Shown: piece after piece, positions 38,954 to 49,457 of the stretch
How the letters are laid out: every line of letters begins with the position of its first letter
Numbering within the stretch: position 1 is the stretch's first letter
Source of the DNA: a virus
DNA: 64,000 bases
Reading direction: 5' to 3' (one strand)
IMG/VR virus record: IMGVR_UViG_3300027779_003464
Coordinates: 1-64,000 of that record
Position numbers and translations under genes: made by a program
The notes under the pieces: generated by a model
What the model was told of the DNA's origin: nothing
The model's database searches: none
The model's input: the letters and a program-made list of their open reading frames with translations, nothing else

Positions 38954-40939
38954 TTACTTTCGATAGTCTGCTTCTCTAAGCATTCTGTCTAGGTAGTTTG
39001 AGGTATAACCTCTTGCATTCTCAACTACCCTTTCAATGGGCATCATACCTTCTGTACTTTGGCTTTCGTTAAGATTTTGCAATTTCTTATTATTTTTTCC
39101 TTGTTCAATTCTTTCTACTATTCCGTTTAAGTTTTGCTCATCCCAAAATGTTTTAACTTGGTATGGAGTATTTAAAGTATATAATTGAGATTTAGAATAG
39201 ATGTGATTTTTCTCTGATTCATCCATTTTACTCCAAGTATTCTTATACTCATCTGGCATAAACTTAATCATTACAGGAATATCTTTAGTAGTTTCAGTAT
39301 ATACTGATTCCATTATAGAAATAACATCAGTTTCGTTAAACCAAACTGAAGCTCCTAGTGTTTCAACAATTGATTGTTTAATTCCTTTATCTAGTGCGTA
39401 AAATTTATCTTTATTAGCATCGCCTAATACCTTTAAGAAAGGATATTTTGCTTCTAATACTGCTTTAGAAGAATCTGAAGTAACCTCAGCAATAACTTCA
39501 TCAACTTTTTCAACTAAGCTATCGATAGTTGCACTTTCATTTAATTTAGCAACACTTCCTAATACATTTCTTTTTGTCGGAACAGCAGCTCCTTCGTTAA
39601 GTTGCTCTGCTATATATTCAGCATATCCTATTCCTTGAGCGGATTTTTCTCCAATGTATTGAGAGTATTGTCTATTAGCGTTAACGTTCTCTGCTAAATA
39701 ATTAGCAAATTCATTAGTATTATTAGATCCTTCAGCAACATATTCAGTATATTGAATTCCCTTATCAACTTCTTCAGCTAAATAGTTTTGATAATTAATA
39801 GAGTTATTTAAATTCTCTTTAATATATTCAGTATAATTAATAGTTTCATTTAATTTTTCAGCTACATGATCTTGATGGCCGATGCTAGTATCTAACTTTT
39901 CTCCTAAATAAGAACTATAATCAATAGCCTTATTTGTAGTTTCAGCAACGTGCTCTGTATAGTTAACTGATTTGTTAACCATTTCTTGCAAATAATCAGA
40001 GTAATTAATTACTCCTTCTAGATGCTCAGCTAAATAATTAACAAAGTTAACCAATTTAGGCATATCTACCGTTGAATTACTTTGATCTGATTCAAATGTA
40101 GCTTTCTGATTTTTTAATTCGCCTTTAATAGCGTTAATCTGATCCTTAACTAAGTTAGAATACTTATTCATTGACTCAGAGGTTACAAATTTGTTATTAT
40201 CACCCATCGTTTTTCTATTTTTTTGAGGTTCGATAGAATCTTCAAAAACCGATTCTATAGTATTATTTATTCTATAGATTTTGAAATTATTAGAATATTC
40301 TAAGCTCTCAGAAATTTCTTCTAATCCATTTTGCTTAACAAAGGAATTACTCTTTAAAGAGTCATAACTTTCAGTCAACATTTTAAAATCATTTTGTAAA
40401 GATTCATTAGTTACTTTATTCAAAATAGCTTCAGTAAAACCAGGTTCACCTACTAAATCATAAGTAAATATTCTTTGAAGTTTAACTTTTCCTTCATTCA
40501 TAACTTGACCGGCTGCTCTAGATGAAATGGATAAGTTTACTCCTCCGTTTAATAAAGCTTTCGCGATTTTACCATTGGGTGTATCCTCTAATATTCTTAA
40601 TTTTATATTAACCTTAGTGTCTCCGTCATACTCTAGTTCTTCAATGATATGAGAAGCACTTTTTAATGTAACGTCAAAGTGAGGTGGATGATCTAAATCT
40701 CCAACTAATTGTCGCTTTTCTATCTTTTCTTTTAAGTAAGTTAAGTGAGGTAGATATTCGTCTTTTTCGTAGACTCGATTATTATTATTCTTCGATCCAA
40801 ATACAGCGCAAACCCCTTCTAATATTGTGTTATTAGGTTGATTAGATTTTACACTTAAATCTTCTCCTACGTTTTCAACGATTAATACGTAATCCTCATT
40901 CTTTTTTAAATTACCAGCATTTACTGAACGTGTATTCAA
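38954..40939 (-). CDS. prohead protease (gp21-like) fused to a scaffold/core domain
   Basis: N-terminal NNNNRVY, GDLDHP, TPNG, ISSRAAG, TYDLVGEPGF; central 14-aa helical repeats; late promoter TATAAATAATAAAA at 40953-40966. Confidence 0.85.
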   Translation of the reverse strand: MNTRSVNAGNLKKNEDYVLIVENVGEDLSVKSNQPNNTILEGVCAVFGSKNNNNRVYEKDEYLPHLTYLKEKIEKRQLVGDLDHPPHFDVTLKSASHIIEELEYDGDTKVNIKLRILEDTPNGKIAKALLNGGVNLSISSRAAGQVMNEGKVKLQRIFTYDLVGEPGFTEAILNKVTNESLQNDFKMLTESYDSLKSNSFVKQNGLEEISESLEYSNNFKIYRINNTIESVFEDSIEPQKNRKTMGDNNKFVTSESMNKYSNLVKDQINAIKGELKNQKATFESDQSNSTVDMPKLVNFVNYLAEHLEGVINYSDYLQEMVNKSVNYTEHVAETTNKAIDYSSYLGEKLDTSIGHQDHVAEKLNETINYTEYIKENLNNSINYQNYLAEEVDKGIQYTEYVAEGSNNTNEFANYLAENVNANRQYSQYIGEKSAQGIGYAEYIAEQLNEGAAVPTKRNVLGSVAKLNESATIDSLVEKVDEVIAEVTSDSSKAVLEAKYPFLKVLGDANKDKFYALDKGIKQSIVETLGASVWFNETDVISIMESVYTETTKDIPVMIKFMPDEYKNTWSKMDESEKNHIYSKSQLYTLNTPYQVKTFWDEQNLNGIVERIEQGKNNKKLQNLNESQSTEGMMPIERVVENARGYTSNYLDRMLREADYRK

Positions 40940-40991
40940 AAGTCTATAATTTTTTTATTATTTATATTAGACTTGTTAAAAAAAAATGAAA

Positions 40992-41945
40992 TTATTTATT
41001 ATAATATGACATTAAGTGATTCTTAAGCTGCTTTAAATTCGATTTGCTTAACTTAGATAAATCGGGAGACTCTATATCGAAGGTGACAATGTACTTTCCA
41101 AGTTCTCCATCCTTTGATTTTATTCCTTCTCCTGGAATGTTAAAGCTTAATCCGTTAATTAGCTCAGGTGAATTTATTTCAGCATTGTATGACTTATTAA
41201 ATATAGTATCAACTAATATCCCCTCTTCTTTAAATATGACTTTATATAGCGGAATCTTTACATTATGTATAATATTTCCACAGTCAATTGATATATCATC
41301 AGGAACATTTATATCTATTTTTATATTTAAGTTCCCACATAGGTGCTCAATCTCACTTTGTCCCCATACATTTAATCTAGATATAATATCCTCATTTCCC
41401 ATCCCGTCAATTTTAAGACTTAGCTGAAAACCTGAATCCGTTTCTACTAGATTCATATACTTTTTCCTTAAATTAATCTTTACAATGATATTTTTATCTT
41501 CCCTTTCTTTACTGTTTATCTCTTTTGAAATATATCTCTCAAAGGATACTTCAATATTTGCTCCTTTGGCTAACTCTGTAAATTCCGCGCTAACTCTCAT
41601 AGATATATCCAAATACTCACTTTGTCTTCTTCTAGATTTAGTATATGATTTTTCAAAGGGAGCATCCTTAAATGATGAATTTGAAAAATCATTAACCCAA
41701 TCATCAAAATTCATTCCTCCTCCTCCTCGGGTTCTTCTTCTAGGCTGAGGTGTGTCATATTGCTGTCGCTTCTTTGGATCTCCTAAAATAGAGTAAGCTT
41801 CAGCTATTTCCTTAAATTTAGCCTCTGCGTCCGACGAATTATTTTTATCTGGATGGTATTTTAAAGCAAGCTGCCTATACGCCTTCTTTATGTCAGATTC
41901 TGGCGCATTTTTTGGCACTCCTAATATTTTATAATAATCTGTCAT
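40992..41945 (-). CDS. DnaJ-class co-chaperone (J domain + C-terminal domain, no Zn fingers)
   Basis: [36 protein letters not shown]. Confidence 0.88.
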   Translation of the reverse strand: MTDYYKILGVPKNAPESDIKKAYRQLALKYHPDKNNSSDAEAKFKEIAEAYSILGDPKKRQQYDTPQPRRRTRGGGGMNFDDWVNDFSNSSFKDAPFEKSYTKSRRRQSEYLDISMRVSAEFTELAKGANIEVSFERYISKEINSKEREDKNIIVKINLRKKYMNLVETDSGFQLSLKIDGMGNEDIISRLNVWGQSEIEHLCGNLNIKIDINVPDDISIDCGNIIHNVKIPLYKVIFKEEGILVDTIFNKSYNAEINSPELINGLSFNIPGEGIKSKDGELGKYIVTFDIESPDLSKLSKSNLKQLKNHLMSYYNK

Positions 41946-42006
41946 TTAAATAAACTTGCTTATACTATATTGTATAAGATAATACAAATAAGTTTTATTA
42001 TTATAT

Positions 42007-42642
42007 ATGTTAGTTAAAAGACTCATAGAATTAAAAAATATTTATAAAGGAAAAAAGATTATAGTATGTGGATGTGGTAAATCACTAAACACGTTCTATG
42101 ACTCACCTGAGTTTGCTAAGATTGCGAATAACAACAATGTAATAACAATAGGTGTGAACGACGTTCCTCGACTATTTGATCCAACACATTTAGTTATAAC
42201 AGATCACACAACTAGGTTCAACAAAAATAGAATAGATCTAATAAATAATTGTAGAAGTAAAAGTGTATTAACTTGTGTTAAAGGATGGCAACATCCAAAA
42301 CTAGTATATTTTGAATTAGGAAAAAGAGGAGGACTTACATTAGATGATTATTCTAGAGTAGACCACCACCTTAATTCTCCATACGCTGCAATAAACATAG
42401 CATATAAACTTGGAGCTTCTAAAATAGGTATGGTTGGAGTAGATTTTATAGACGGTCACTTTTATAGTCCCAAAGACGGGCCTCATAATTTAACTAGAAA
42501 ACATCTTCCTTCAATTAACTTGGCTTATAAAAAAATATACCTTCAATTAAAAAATAGAAAGGTTGATTTATATAATTTAAGTGACATAAGTAAAATAGAC
42601 GCTATTCCGTACCTAAGTATTAAAAAATTTATAGAAATATAG
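42007..42642 (+). CDS. Maf/DUF115-like (sialyltransferase-like) protein
   Basis: IIVCGCGKSL, TIGVND, AINIAYKLGASKIGMVGVDF; promoter AAAC-N16-GTATAA at 41952-41977. Confidence 0.6.
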   Translation: MLVKRLIELKNIYKGKKIIVCGCGKSLNTFYDSPEFAKIANNNNVITIGVNDVPRLFDPTHLVITDHTTRFNKNRIDLINNCRSKSVLTCVKGWQHPKLVYFELGKRGGLTLDDYSRVDHHLNSPYAAINIAYKLGASKIGMVGVDFIDGHFYSPKDGPHNLTRKHLPSINLAYKKIYLQLKNRKVDLYNLSDISKIDAIPYLSIKKFIEI

Positions 42643-42648
42643 ACACTA

Positions 42649-43284
42649 ATGAAAATTATTATACCAGCACGAAAGGGATCAAAAGGTTTTCCCTTTAAAA
42701 ATAGAAAACTGTTTGAGTATACTGCAGATATTATACCGATCAGTTTATATGATAGTGTATATGTTCTAACTGACGACTTGGAAATCTCCAAAATATCAGA
42801 GTCATATGATTTTAACGTATTACCAAGACCTAGAAGAGTATCCAATGACTCAGCTTCTACAAAAGCTTCAATAGAATACGCTTTAGAAAACATAGAATTA
42901 GATAATAAAGATGAGACTATTCTAATGTTATACTTAACCTATCCTTATAGAACCTGGAGCGAGGTTGAAGATGCGATAGCCGATTTTGCTCGTTCTGGAT
43001 CTGATTCACTTCTTTGTAGAAAGGAAATAGAAACTTCTCCGTTTCTAGTTTTAAAAGAAGAAGAGAATGGAAAGGGATCTCAGTTATTCTATCATGATCT
43101 TTATAGAAGACAGGATTACCCTAAATGTTTTGAAATAAGCCACTATATTTCAATATTTAGAGCAGGTTCTATTTCTAAACTAAACAGCAATTTATATAAT
43201 TCAAATACCTACTTCTTAAAGATAGAAAAAGAAATACTAGATGTAGATTCAAAAAAAGACTTCAATAAAATAGATGGAAAATAA
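42649..43284 (+). CDS. acylneuraminate cytidylyltransferase (NeuA-like)
   Basis: IIIPARKGSKGFPFKN, VLTDD, LTYPYR, RRQD, LDVDS. Confidence 0.85.
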   Translation: MKIIIPARKGSKGFPFKNRKLFEYTADIIPISLYDSVYVLTDDLEISKISESYDFNVLPRPRRVSNDSASTKASIEYALENIELDNKDETILMLYLTYPYRTWSEVEDAIADFARSGSDSLLCRKEIETSPFLVLKEEENGKGSQLFYHDLYRRQDYPKCFEISHYISIFRAGSISKLNSNLYNSNTYFLKIEKEILDVDSKKDFNKIDGK

Positions 43285-45007
43285 AATAGATAACTTTTGT
43301 GCTATTACTGAAATTAGTAATAGGGAGTTTCACCTATGTAGAACAGCAATATTCTCATTCATATCAACAAATAAGTGGTTTAATGGATATTTAATTTTAC
43401 TAAATATAGATGGAGAAGAAATAACAGACCATAATATTAATATCTTAAAATTAACATATGAAAAATTTAATATAATTTCTCCTGATGATTCTAAAATATT
43501 ACAAAAACTAAGAAAGAAAAAAAATGTAAATAAAAGATCATCATTCCTATATCTTCAGGCATTTAATATTAAGTCTAAAGGAAATATCTTTTTTTCCAAG
43601 TCCAGTCTATTTATGAATGAGATTTCGTCAATCTTAAGTAATAAAGAATTAAACGTTCCAATAAAGTCGCCTATTTTCCCAGAACTTAACCCAACCGGTA
43701 GCGAAGATCTTAATACTAATTTAATGTTTATTCCTAAAAAATATATTTCTAATAAACGATATAATGATATACTAAATATAGTAAGCTCGTCTGAAATTTA
43801 TAAAAACGAATCGGAATCTAACGTATTAAAAAAATACATTAAGCAATATTCAATAGATGTTAAACTCTGTTCAAATACCCTATCAGTTAACTCGTCGTTT
43901 TTTGATAATTCTAAATATTCTAACTTTATCAGATACCATAAAGCAATTGGAAGCTTAAATATGGATACTGCTAGTGCTTCTGGGACTTTTAACTTTAAGA
44001 GAATACATAATTATTGGAAACAATATAATCACAACTTAGTAAATGGGCTGACTAAATCAGTTCCTACTAAAATTAATACTAAGAATATAAAGATTGCTAG
44101 AAAAAAATATAAACATAAAATAAACAAGTCGCATTCGTTAAAAAATACATTCTCAGATAAATTAGCAATATACACAACATCTGATGAAAATTATATCGAG
44201 CACGCAATTGTTGCATTTCAGACTTTCCGCGAAATTAATCCACATCTAAATCTAGATTTTTTTATTATTTCAAAAGAACTGAGTCATCATAAATTAGAAT
44301 TATTAGATAGAAATTCAATATCACATATTGAATTAGATTTAAGTGGAGTATTTAAAATAGAAGAAAACTGGCCATACCCCAGCGAATGCTTTTGGTTATT
44401 TAAAGGACCTGATCTTTTAAATAATTTAGGATATAAATATTCTATGTATATAGATTCTGATGTGCAGTGTAATCAACCAATGGATTTAAGCTGGCTATAT
44501 TCTTTAGATTTAATTGCTGGAGCGGAAAGGGGAGCTTCGTTAATTAAATTTCTATCTCACGTAGAAAATATTCATAAAATAACAAAAGGATTTAATATAG
44601 ATAGATCAAATATACAAGATATTCCTTCTGTTAATACTGGCGTCTTATTTTTTAATAATGCTGAATATTCTAGATTAAATTTTTATCAAAAAGCAATAGA
44701 TGCGTTCACACTAAGTAAGGAATTAGGTATTCCACGAAAAGGAGATGATTCATTAATGTGTCTTCTAATGTCAATATATTATGAATATTCATATAAAACT
44801 TTACCTAGTTCTTGGAATGACTATAAATTTTACCATAAAAATCCAGGAAAATCGGTTAATCACTTTAACTCTATAATAATTCACCACTCACGCCATAAAC
44901 CTTGGAATAAAAGAGATACGAGGTTTTATAAAAATCAATTTAACACATTATTAGTTTCAAGATGGTGCGAAATGTCAAAAAAATTAAAGCTAGATGGAAA
45001 ACTATAA
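43274..45007 (+). CDS. two-domain GT8-like glycosyltransferase
   Basis: C-terminal domain DENY, YIDSD, NTGVL, GDDS, WN, HH..KPW; degenerate N-terminal copy. Confidence 0.7.
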   Translation: MENKIDNFCAITEISNREFHLCRTAIFSFISTNKWFNGYLILLNIDGEEITDHNINILKLTYEKFNIISPDDSKILQKLRKKKNVNKRSSFLYLQAFNIKSKGNIFFSKSSLFMNEISSILSNKELNVPIKSPIFPELNPTGSEDLNTNLMFIPKKYISNKRYNDILNIVSSSEIYKNESESNVLKKYIKQYSIDVKLCSNTLSVNSSFFDNSKYSNFIRYHKAIGSLNMDTASASGTFNFKRIHNYWKQYNHNLVNGLTKSVPTKINTKNIKIARKKYKHKINKSHSLKNTFSDKLAIYTTSDENYIEHAIVAFQTFREINPHLNLDFFIISKELSHHKLELLDRNSISHIELDLSGVFKIEENWPYPSECFWLFKGPDLLNNLGYKYSMYIDSDVQCNQPMDLSWLYSLDLIAGAERGASLIKFLSHVENIHKITKGFNIDRSNIQDIPSVNTGVLFFNNAEYSRLNFYQKAIDAFTLSKELGIPRKGDDSLMCLLMSIYYEYSYKTLPSSWNDYKFYHKNPGKSVNHFNSIIIHHSRHKPWNKRDTRFYKNQFNTLLVSRWCEMSKKLKLDGKL

Positions 45008-45806
45008 GCTATTTTGGTGGAGAGGTAAACATTATAATTTTGGTGATGAAATTACGCCTTGGTTGTTTAAAAAAATGTGTGACATTAATCAATCTTCTCC
45101 TTGTAATATAAAATTAGAGAAAGGTCCAATAATACTTGCAGTTGGTAGCATAATGCGGCTTTCTTCTGCTAAAACCTCGATATGGGGATCAGGAATTAGA
45201 AATATAGATCAATCTGATTTTACCGAAGCTAAGAAATACCACGCAGTTAGGGGACCATTTACTAGAAAACAATTATTAAATCTTGGATATACATGCCCTG
45301 CAATATATGGAGATCCTGGATTATTGCTTCCCAAATACTATAATCCTTCTATTTCTAAAAAATTTAAATTAGGTATAATACCTCACGTTAGTGAATATGA
45401 AGATATTAAAAAGAAGTATTCTAAGCTTAAAGATGTTTTAATAATTAATTTAACAACTAATGATATTGAAAAAGTAGTTGATGATATTGTTTCATGTGAG
45501 ACTACAGTTTCTACTTCTTTACATGGAATAATAACATCTGTTGCATATGGAATACCAACTAGGTGGCTAAAATATTCTGATCGTATAACAGGAGATGACA
45601 TAAAATTCTATGATTTCTTTGCTTCTCTAGATAATAGAGTATTTTCAACCTTTAATTATAAAGATATTACATCTCCTATATCTAAATACAACCCTATTAT
45701 CCCTTCAAATAGTATTTCAGATATTATTAAACAGACTGAGCTATATCCAATGGATTCATTGGATATTAATCGTCTCATATCTTCCTGTCCAGTTAAAATA
45801 ACTTAA
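44994..45806 (+). CDS. polysaccharide pyruvyltransferase (ExoV-like)
   Basis: NFGD, AVGSI, WGSG, AVRGP, GDPG, GIIPH, TSLHG, KFYDF. Confidence 0.85.
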   Translation: MENYKLFWWRGKHYNFGDEITPWLFKKMCDINQSSPCNIKLEKGPIILAVGSIMRLSSAKTSIWGSGIRNIDQSDFTEAKKYHAVRGPFTRKQLLNLGYTCPAIYGDPGLLLPKYYNPSISKKFKLGIIPHVSEYEDIKKKYSKLKDVLIINLTTNDIEKVVDDIVSCETTVSTSLHGIITSVAYGIPTRWLKYSDRITGDDIKFYDFFASLDNRVFSTFNYKDITSPISKYNPIIPSNSISDIIKQTELYPMDSLDINRLISSCPVKIT

Positions 45807-45815
45807 ATATAATTT

Positions 45816-46574
45816 ATGCATAAAACTGTTAATTTACATTGGTATAAAAAAGATTATAATTTTGGAGATATGTTAAATCCATATTTAATACCTAAGTTAT
45901 TTAATATTAAAGTAAATTGGATAACCCCTGGGTCTAATACTCCTCATATATTTTCTATAGGTTCAATACTTCAAAAGGCCAATAATTCAACTGCAGTATG
46001 GGGATCCGGCTTTATAAGTAATAATAGTCGTATTTCAAATCCTTCTAAGATATTCGCAGTTAGGGGACCTCTCACATATGCTAGACTAATTAATGCAGGT
46101 ATACCCACTCCTAAAATATTTGGAGATCCTGCCTTACTTTTGCCCAATGTATATTCTCCACAATTTAATAAAAAGTGGAAAATAGGAATAATTCCGCATT
46201 ATGTTGACAAAAAATCAAATGTTATTAACATGTGTTCTAAAATAAAAGGAGTCAAAATAATAGACGTTCAAGAAAAAAGTATAGAATCGATTATCAACGA
46301 TATTCTTGCATGCGAAATAATTTTATCAAGTAGTTTGCACGGTCTCATTGTCGCAGATGCTTATGATATTCCTAATATATGGATAAAAATATCAAATAAG
46401 TTAATCGGAGGAAACTTTAAATTTAATGACTATTTTAAGTCAGTTAGTCGAAATATTCGCGAACCTATTATATTTACAACTAAGTCAAATATTTTTGATA
46501 TAGTAAAAAACTATTCACTAGAAAAAATTATTTTTAATTCTCAACCTCTACTAAAATCTAATCCCTTTATATGA
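45816..46574 (+). CDS. polysaccharide pyruvyltransferase (second paralog)
   Basis: NFGD, WGSG, AVRGP, GDPA, GIIPH, SSLHG, KFNDY. Confidence 0.85.
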   Translation: MHKTVNLHWYKKDYNFGDMLNPYLIPKLFNIKVNWITPGSNTPHIFSIGSILQKANNSTAVWGSGFISNNSRISNPSKIFAVRGPLTYARLINAGIPTPKIFGDPALLLPNVYSPQFNKKWKIGIIPHYVDKKSNVINMCSKIKGVKIIDVQEKSIESIINDILACEIILSSSLHGLIVADAYDIPNIWIKISNKLIGGNFKFNDYFKSVSRNIREPIIFTTKSNIFDIVKNYSLEKIIFNSQPLLKSNPFI

Positions 46575-47401
46575 AATTAGGAGTATCATATACAGTATTT
46601 GATGGGATAGAGCTCTTAGAGCATTCTATTAAACAAATAAGAAATCACGTTGATTTTATACACGTAGCATATCAAAAATATTCTTGGTTTAATAAGGCAA
46701 TGTCAATTGAAGATTTTAATACATTAAATCGATTAAAAACAATAGGGTTAATCGACTCCTTAGAATGTTTTACAGATTTTAAAATAATAAAACTAAATAC
46801 GAGTAATATTCAAATATCTAAAAAATATGAGACCGAAAAAAGACAATTTGGAATGAATGCTTGTTTAAAAACAGGATGCACCCACTTTATATCTATGGAC
46901 GTTGATGAATTTTATATAGCAGATGAATTTAAAAAAGCAAAGAATATAATAGTAGAAAATAATATATCCCAATCTTCTTGTTCTTTTATAAATTATGTAA
47001 AATTACCAATATACACAAGAGGAATAGATGGATCTACCGTGCCATTCATATGCAAAGTAAATAATTATTCAAATATGTCAAAATACTTTTTTACGAAATG
47101 TGATCCAACCAGAGGAATAACTGATAATATACGAGGAGCCAAGAAAAAATTTACTAAAGATATAATATTAATGCATCACATGGAGACAGTTAGAAAAGAT
47201 TTGACTAAAAAATATGAGTCAACAACGAGAGCAATATTTAATAGGAGTAGAACCAAAGATTTAGTAAAAGGTATAAAATCAGTAAATAAACAAACAAATA
47301 TGTTTAGTTTTGATAAAATAATATTTCCAGGAACACCTCCTGTAAAACTTAAAGAAACCGATAATATATTTAATATACCTTATAAAATATGGGACCTGTA
47401 A
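46571..47401 (+). CDS. GT-A fold glycosyltransferase-like protein
   Basis: LGVSYTVFDG, SMDVDEFY (DxD), MHHM. Confidence 0.6.
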   Translation: MKLGVSYTVFDGIELLEHSIKQIRNHVDFIHVAYQKYSWFNKAMSIEDFNTLNRLKTIGLIDSLECFTDFKIIKLNTSNIQISKKYETEKRQFGMNACLKTGCTHFISMDVDEFYIADEFKKAKNIIVENNISQSSCSFINYVKLPIYTRGIDGSTVPFICKVNNYSNMSKYFFTKCDPTRGITDNIRGAKKKFTKDIILMHHMETVRKDLTKKYESTTRAIFNRSRTKDLVKGIKSVNKQTNMFSFDKIIFPGTPPVKLKETDNIFNIPYKIWDL

Positions 47402-48252
47402 AGATAGTAGCAGAAATAGGAATAAATTATGCATACGGTAAAGATAAGTTTAAGTTTTTAGATAATGCTAAAAAATTAATAGACGCCGCTGCTTTGGCTG
47501 GATGTAATTGGGTAAAATTCCAAAAAAGAAATCCAGATATATGTGTAAGTGAAGATCAAAAATTAAAACCAAAGAAAGTTCCGTGGAGAAAAGAAGAAAC
47601 CACATATCTACAATATAAAAAAGATATAGAATTTGGAGTAAATGACTACGCTGAAATTGATGTATATTGCAATAAAAAAGGAATTGGATGGTTTGTATCG
47701 GTATGGGATAAGTCATCCGTCGATTTTATAGTAGATAACGATTATTCTAATTGGGGGTCATTCATAATGAAAATTCCATCAGCTTTAATAAACGATATTG
47801 ATTTATGTAAGTATGCAAGTGAAAAGTCTGACCTTTTAATTATATCAACTGGAATGAGTACGGAAAAAGAGATTATAACATGTATAAAAGCATGTGATCC
47901 CGACGTAATCATGCATACCAATTCAACATACCCAGCAAAAGTAGATGAGCTTAATCTTGAATATATACATTGGCTTAAAGATAAACACTATGGAAAAGAA
48001 ATAGGGTACTCTGGTCATGAGTTTGGCTTAGTTACAACATGGGCAGCAGTTGCCATGGGAGCATCGTGGATTGAAAGACATATTACTCTTGAAAGAACAC
48101 TATGGGGATCTGATCAGATTGCATCGGTAGAGCTAGGCGGGCTTATTAAGCTTGTTAAAGGAATACGGGATATTGAAAAATCTTTTAAAGGATACGGAGA
48201 AAGAGAAGTTTTAGGATCAGAATTAGAAAAATTGAAAACCTTAAGAAAATGA
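47389..48252 (+). CDS. nonulosonic acid synthase (NeuB family, no antifreeze-like domain)
   Basis: AEIGIN, VKFQKR, KIPS, ISTGMS, HTNSTYP, GYSGHE, IERHITL, GSDQ. Confidence 0.9.
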   Translation: MGPVKIVAEIGINYAYGKDKFKFLDNAKKLIDAAALAGCNWVKFQKRNPDICVSEDQKLKPKKVPWRKEETTYLQYKKDIEFGVNDYAEIDVYCNKKGIGWFVSVWDKSSVDFIVDNDYSNWGSFIMKIPSALINDIDLCKYASEKSDLLIISTGMSTEKEIITCIKACDPDVIMHTNSTYPAKVDELNLEYIHWLKDKHYGKEIGYSGHEFGLVTTWAAVAMGASWIERHITLERTLWGSDQIASVELGGLIKLVKGIRDIEKSFKGYGEREVLGSELEKLKTLRK

Positions 48253-48539
48253 TTACACCAAAACTAATACTTCAATTTATTGAAGGAAATCTTAAAATGC
48301 TTGGAGATAAGTTTGGAACCCTTTCGGAACATACTAAGGAACAAGTTTTATATAGATCTCAAGTATGTAAAAATGATTGTATAGAAAGGGGATATTGCGT
48401 TCAATGTGGATGCTCAATTCCTGGTAAATTATATGTTACTAAATCATGTAATAAAGGAAGTAGATTCCCGGACTTAATGGATGCTGAATCTTGGGAAACA
48501 TATAAAAAGGATAATAATATAAAAATAGAAGGAAAATGA
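48249..48539 (+). CDS. small Cys-rich protein
   Basis: CKNDC..CVQCGC..C. Confidence 0.6.
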   Translation: MITPKLILQFIEGNLKMLGDKFGTLSEHTKEQVLYRSQVCKNDCIERGYCVQCGCSIPGKLYVTKSCNKGSRFPDLMDAESWETYKKDNNIKIEGK

Positions 48540-48835
48540 TTTACTATATAGATATAGATGATACTATATGTAGATCAGGGTCACCTAGCGATTACTCTAC
48601 GGCCATTCCAATAGATAACGCAATTAAAAAAGTTAATGCACTATATGATGCCGGACATGAAATAGTTTTTTGGACGGCGCGTGGATCTGGAACTGGAGTA
48701 GACTGGAGGGAAGTCACCAAAAATCAATTAGAAAAATGGGGAGTAAAATATCATAAACTTCGCCTCGGAAAACCAATATATGATTTCTTTATAGATGATA
48801 AAAACATAAACGCAAGAGACTGGTTAAATGAATAG
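48536..48835 (+). CDS. HAD-superfamily phosphatase (capsule-biosynthesis type)
   Basis: YIDIDDT, WTARG, GKP, IDDK. Confidence 0.85.
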   Translation: MIYYIDIDDTICRSGSPSDYSTAIPIDNAIKKVNALYDAGHEIVFWTARGSGTGVDWREVTKNQLEKWGVKYHKLRLGKPIYDFFIDDKNINARDWLNE

Positions 48836-49433
48836 ATATAAAAATAAAGTATTAATTCTTGGAAACGGTCCTGATATTAATAATATAGAATTTAATCGCC
48901 TTCCAAAAATAATAAAAACAGCAGGAGTAAATAGAATATGGCTAAAACACTTTCCTAAATACTATTTCTACCATGATGCTGACATAATGAAGGAAATAGA
49001 TCGTGATATAGTTCTCAGATCTCAACTCATAGCTAAAAGTGTATGCTATACTAGCGATTGGTTGCATACGCAAACATCTAATATTCCAAATTATTTAAAA
49101 GTAATTAATAGATCTAATCCTTCTATATTTGTAGATTCGGTAAACACGTTTATGAGAATTTTAATAAATGATAATGTATTTAACACGAATGATACTATAT
49201 TTTATATAGCAGGAGTTCCACTAAATTGGACAAACCCGAGTCACTTTTGGAAAGATTTAAAATACCATTCTCTAAATAAAAAAGATAAAATATGGTATGA
49301 TGCTAGATTTACTAGAATGCTTTCTAATTTTAAAAATTTAAAAAAATTAGGATATAATATGGTTTCAGTTACTCCTAATTCTAAGTTAAATAAAATAATG
49401 AGATATGAAGGTATAGGTAATTTATATACTTAA
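48828..49433 (+). CDS. Maf/DUF115-like (sialyltransferase-like) protein, second paralog
   Basis: LILGNGP, AGVNR, YFYHD, FYIAGV. Confidence 0.55.
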   Translation: MNRYKNKVLILGNGPDINNIEFNRLPKIIKTAGVNRIWLKHFPKYYFYHDADIMKEIDRDIVLRSQLIAKSVCYTSDWLHTQTSNIPNYLKVINRSNPSIFVDSVNTFMRILINDNVFNTNDTIFYIAGVPLNWTNPSHFWKDLKYHSLNKKDKIWYDARFTRMLSNFKNLKKLGYNMVSVTPNSKLNKIMRYEGIGNLYT

Positions 49434-49457
49434 AGTATCAACCTTAAGATATTAATT

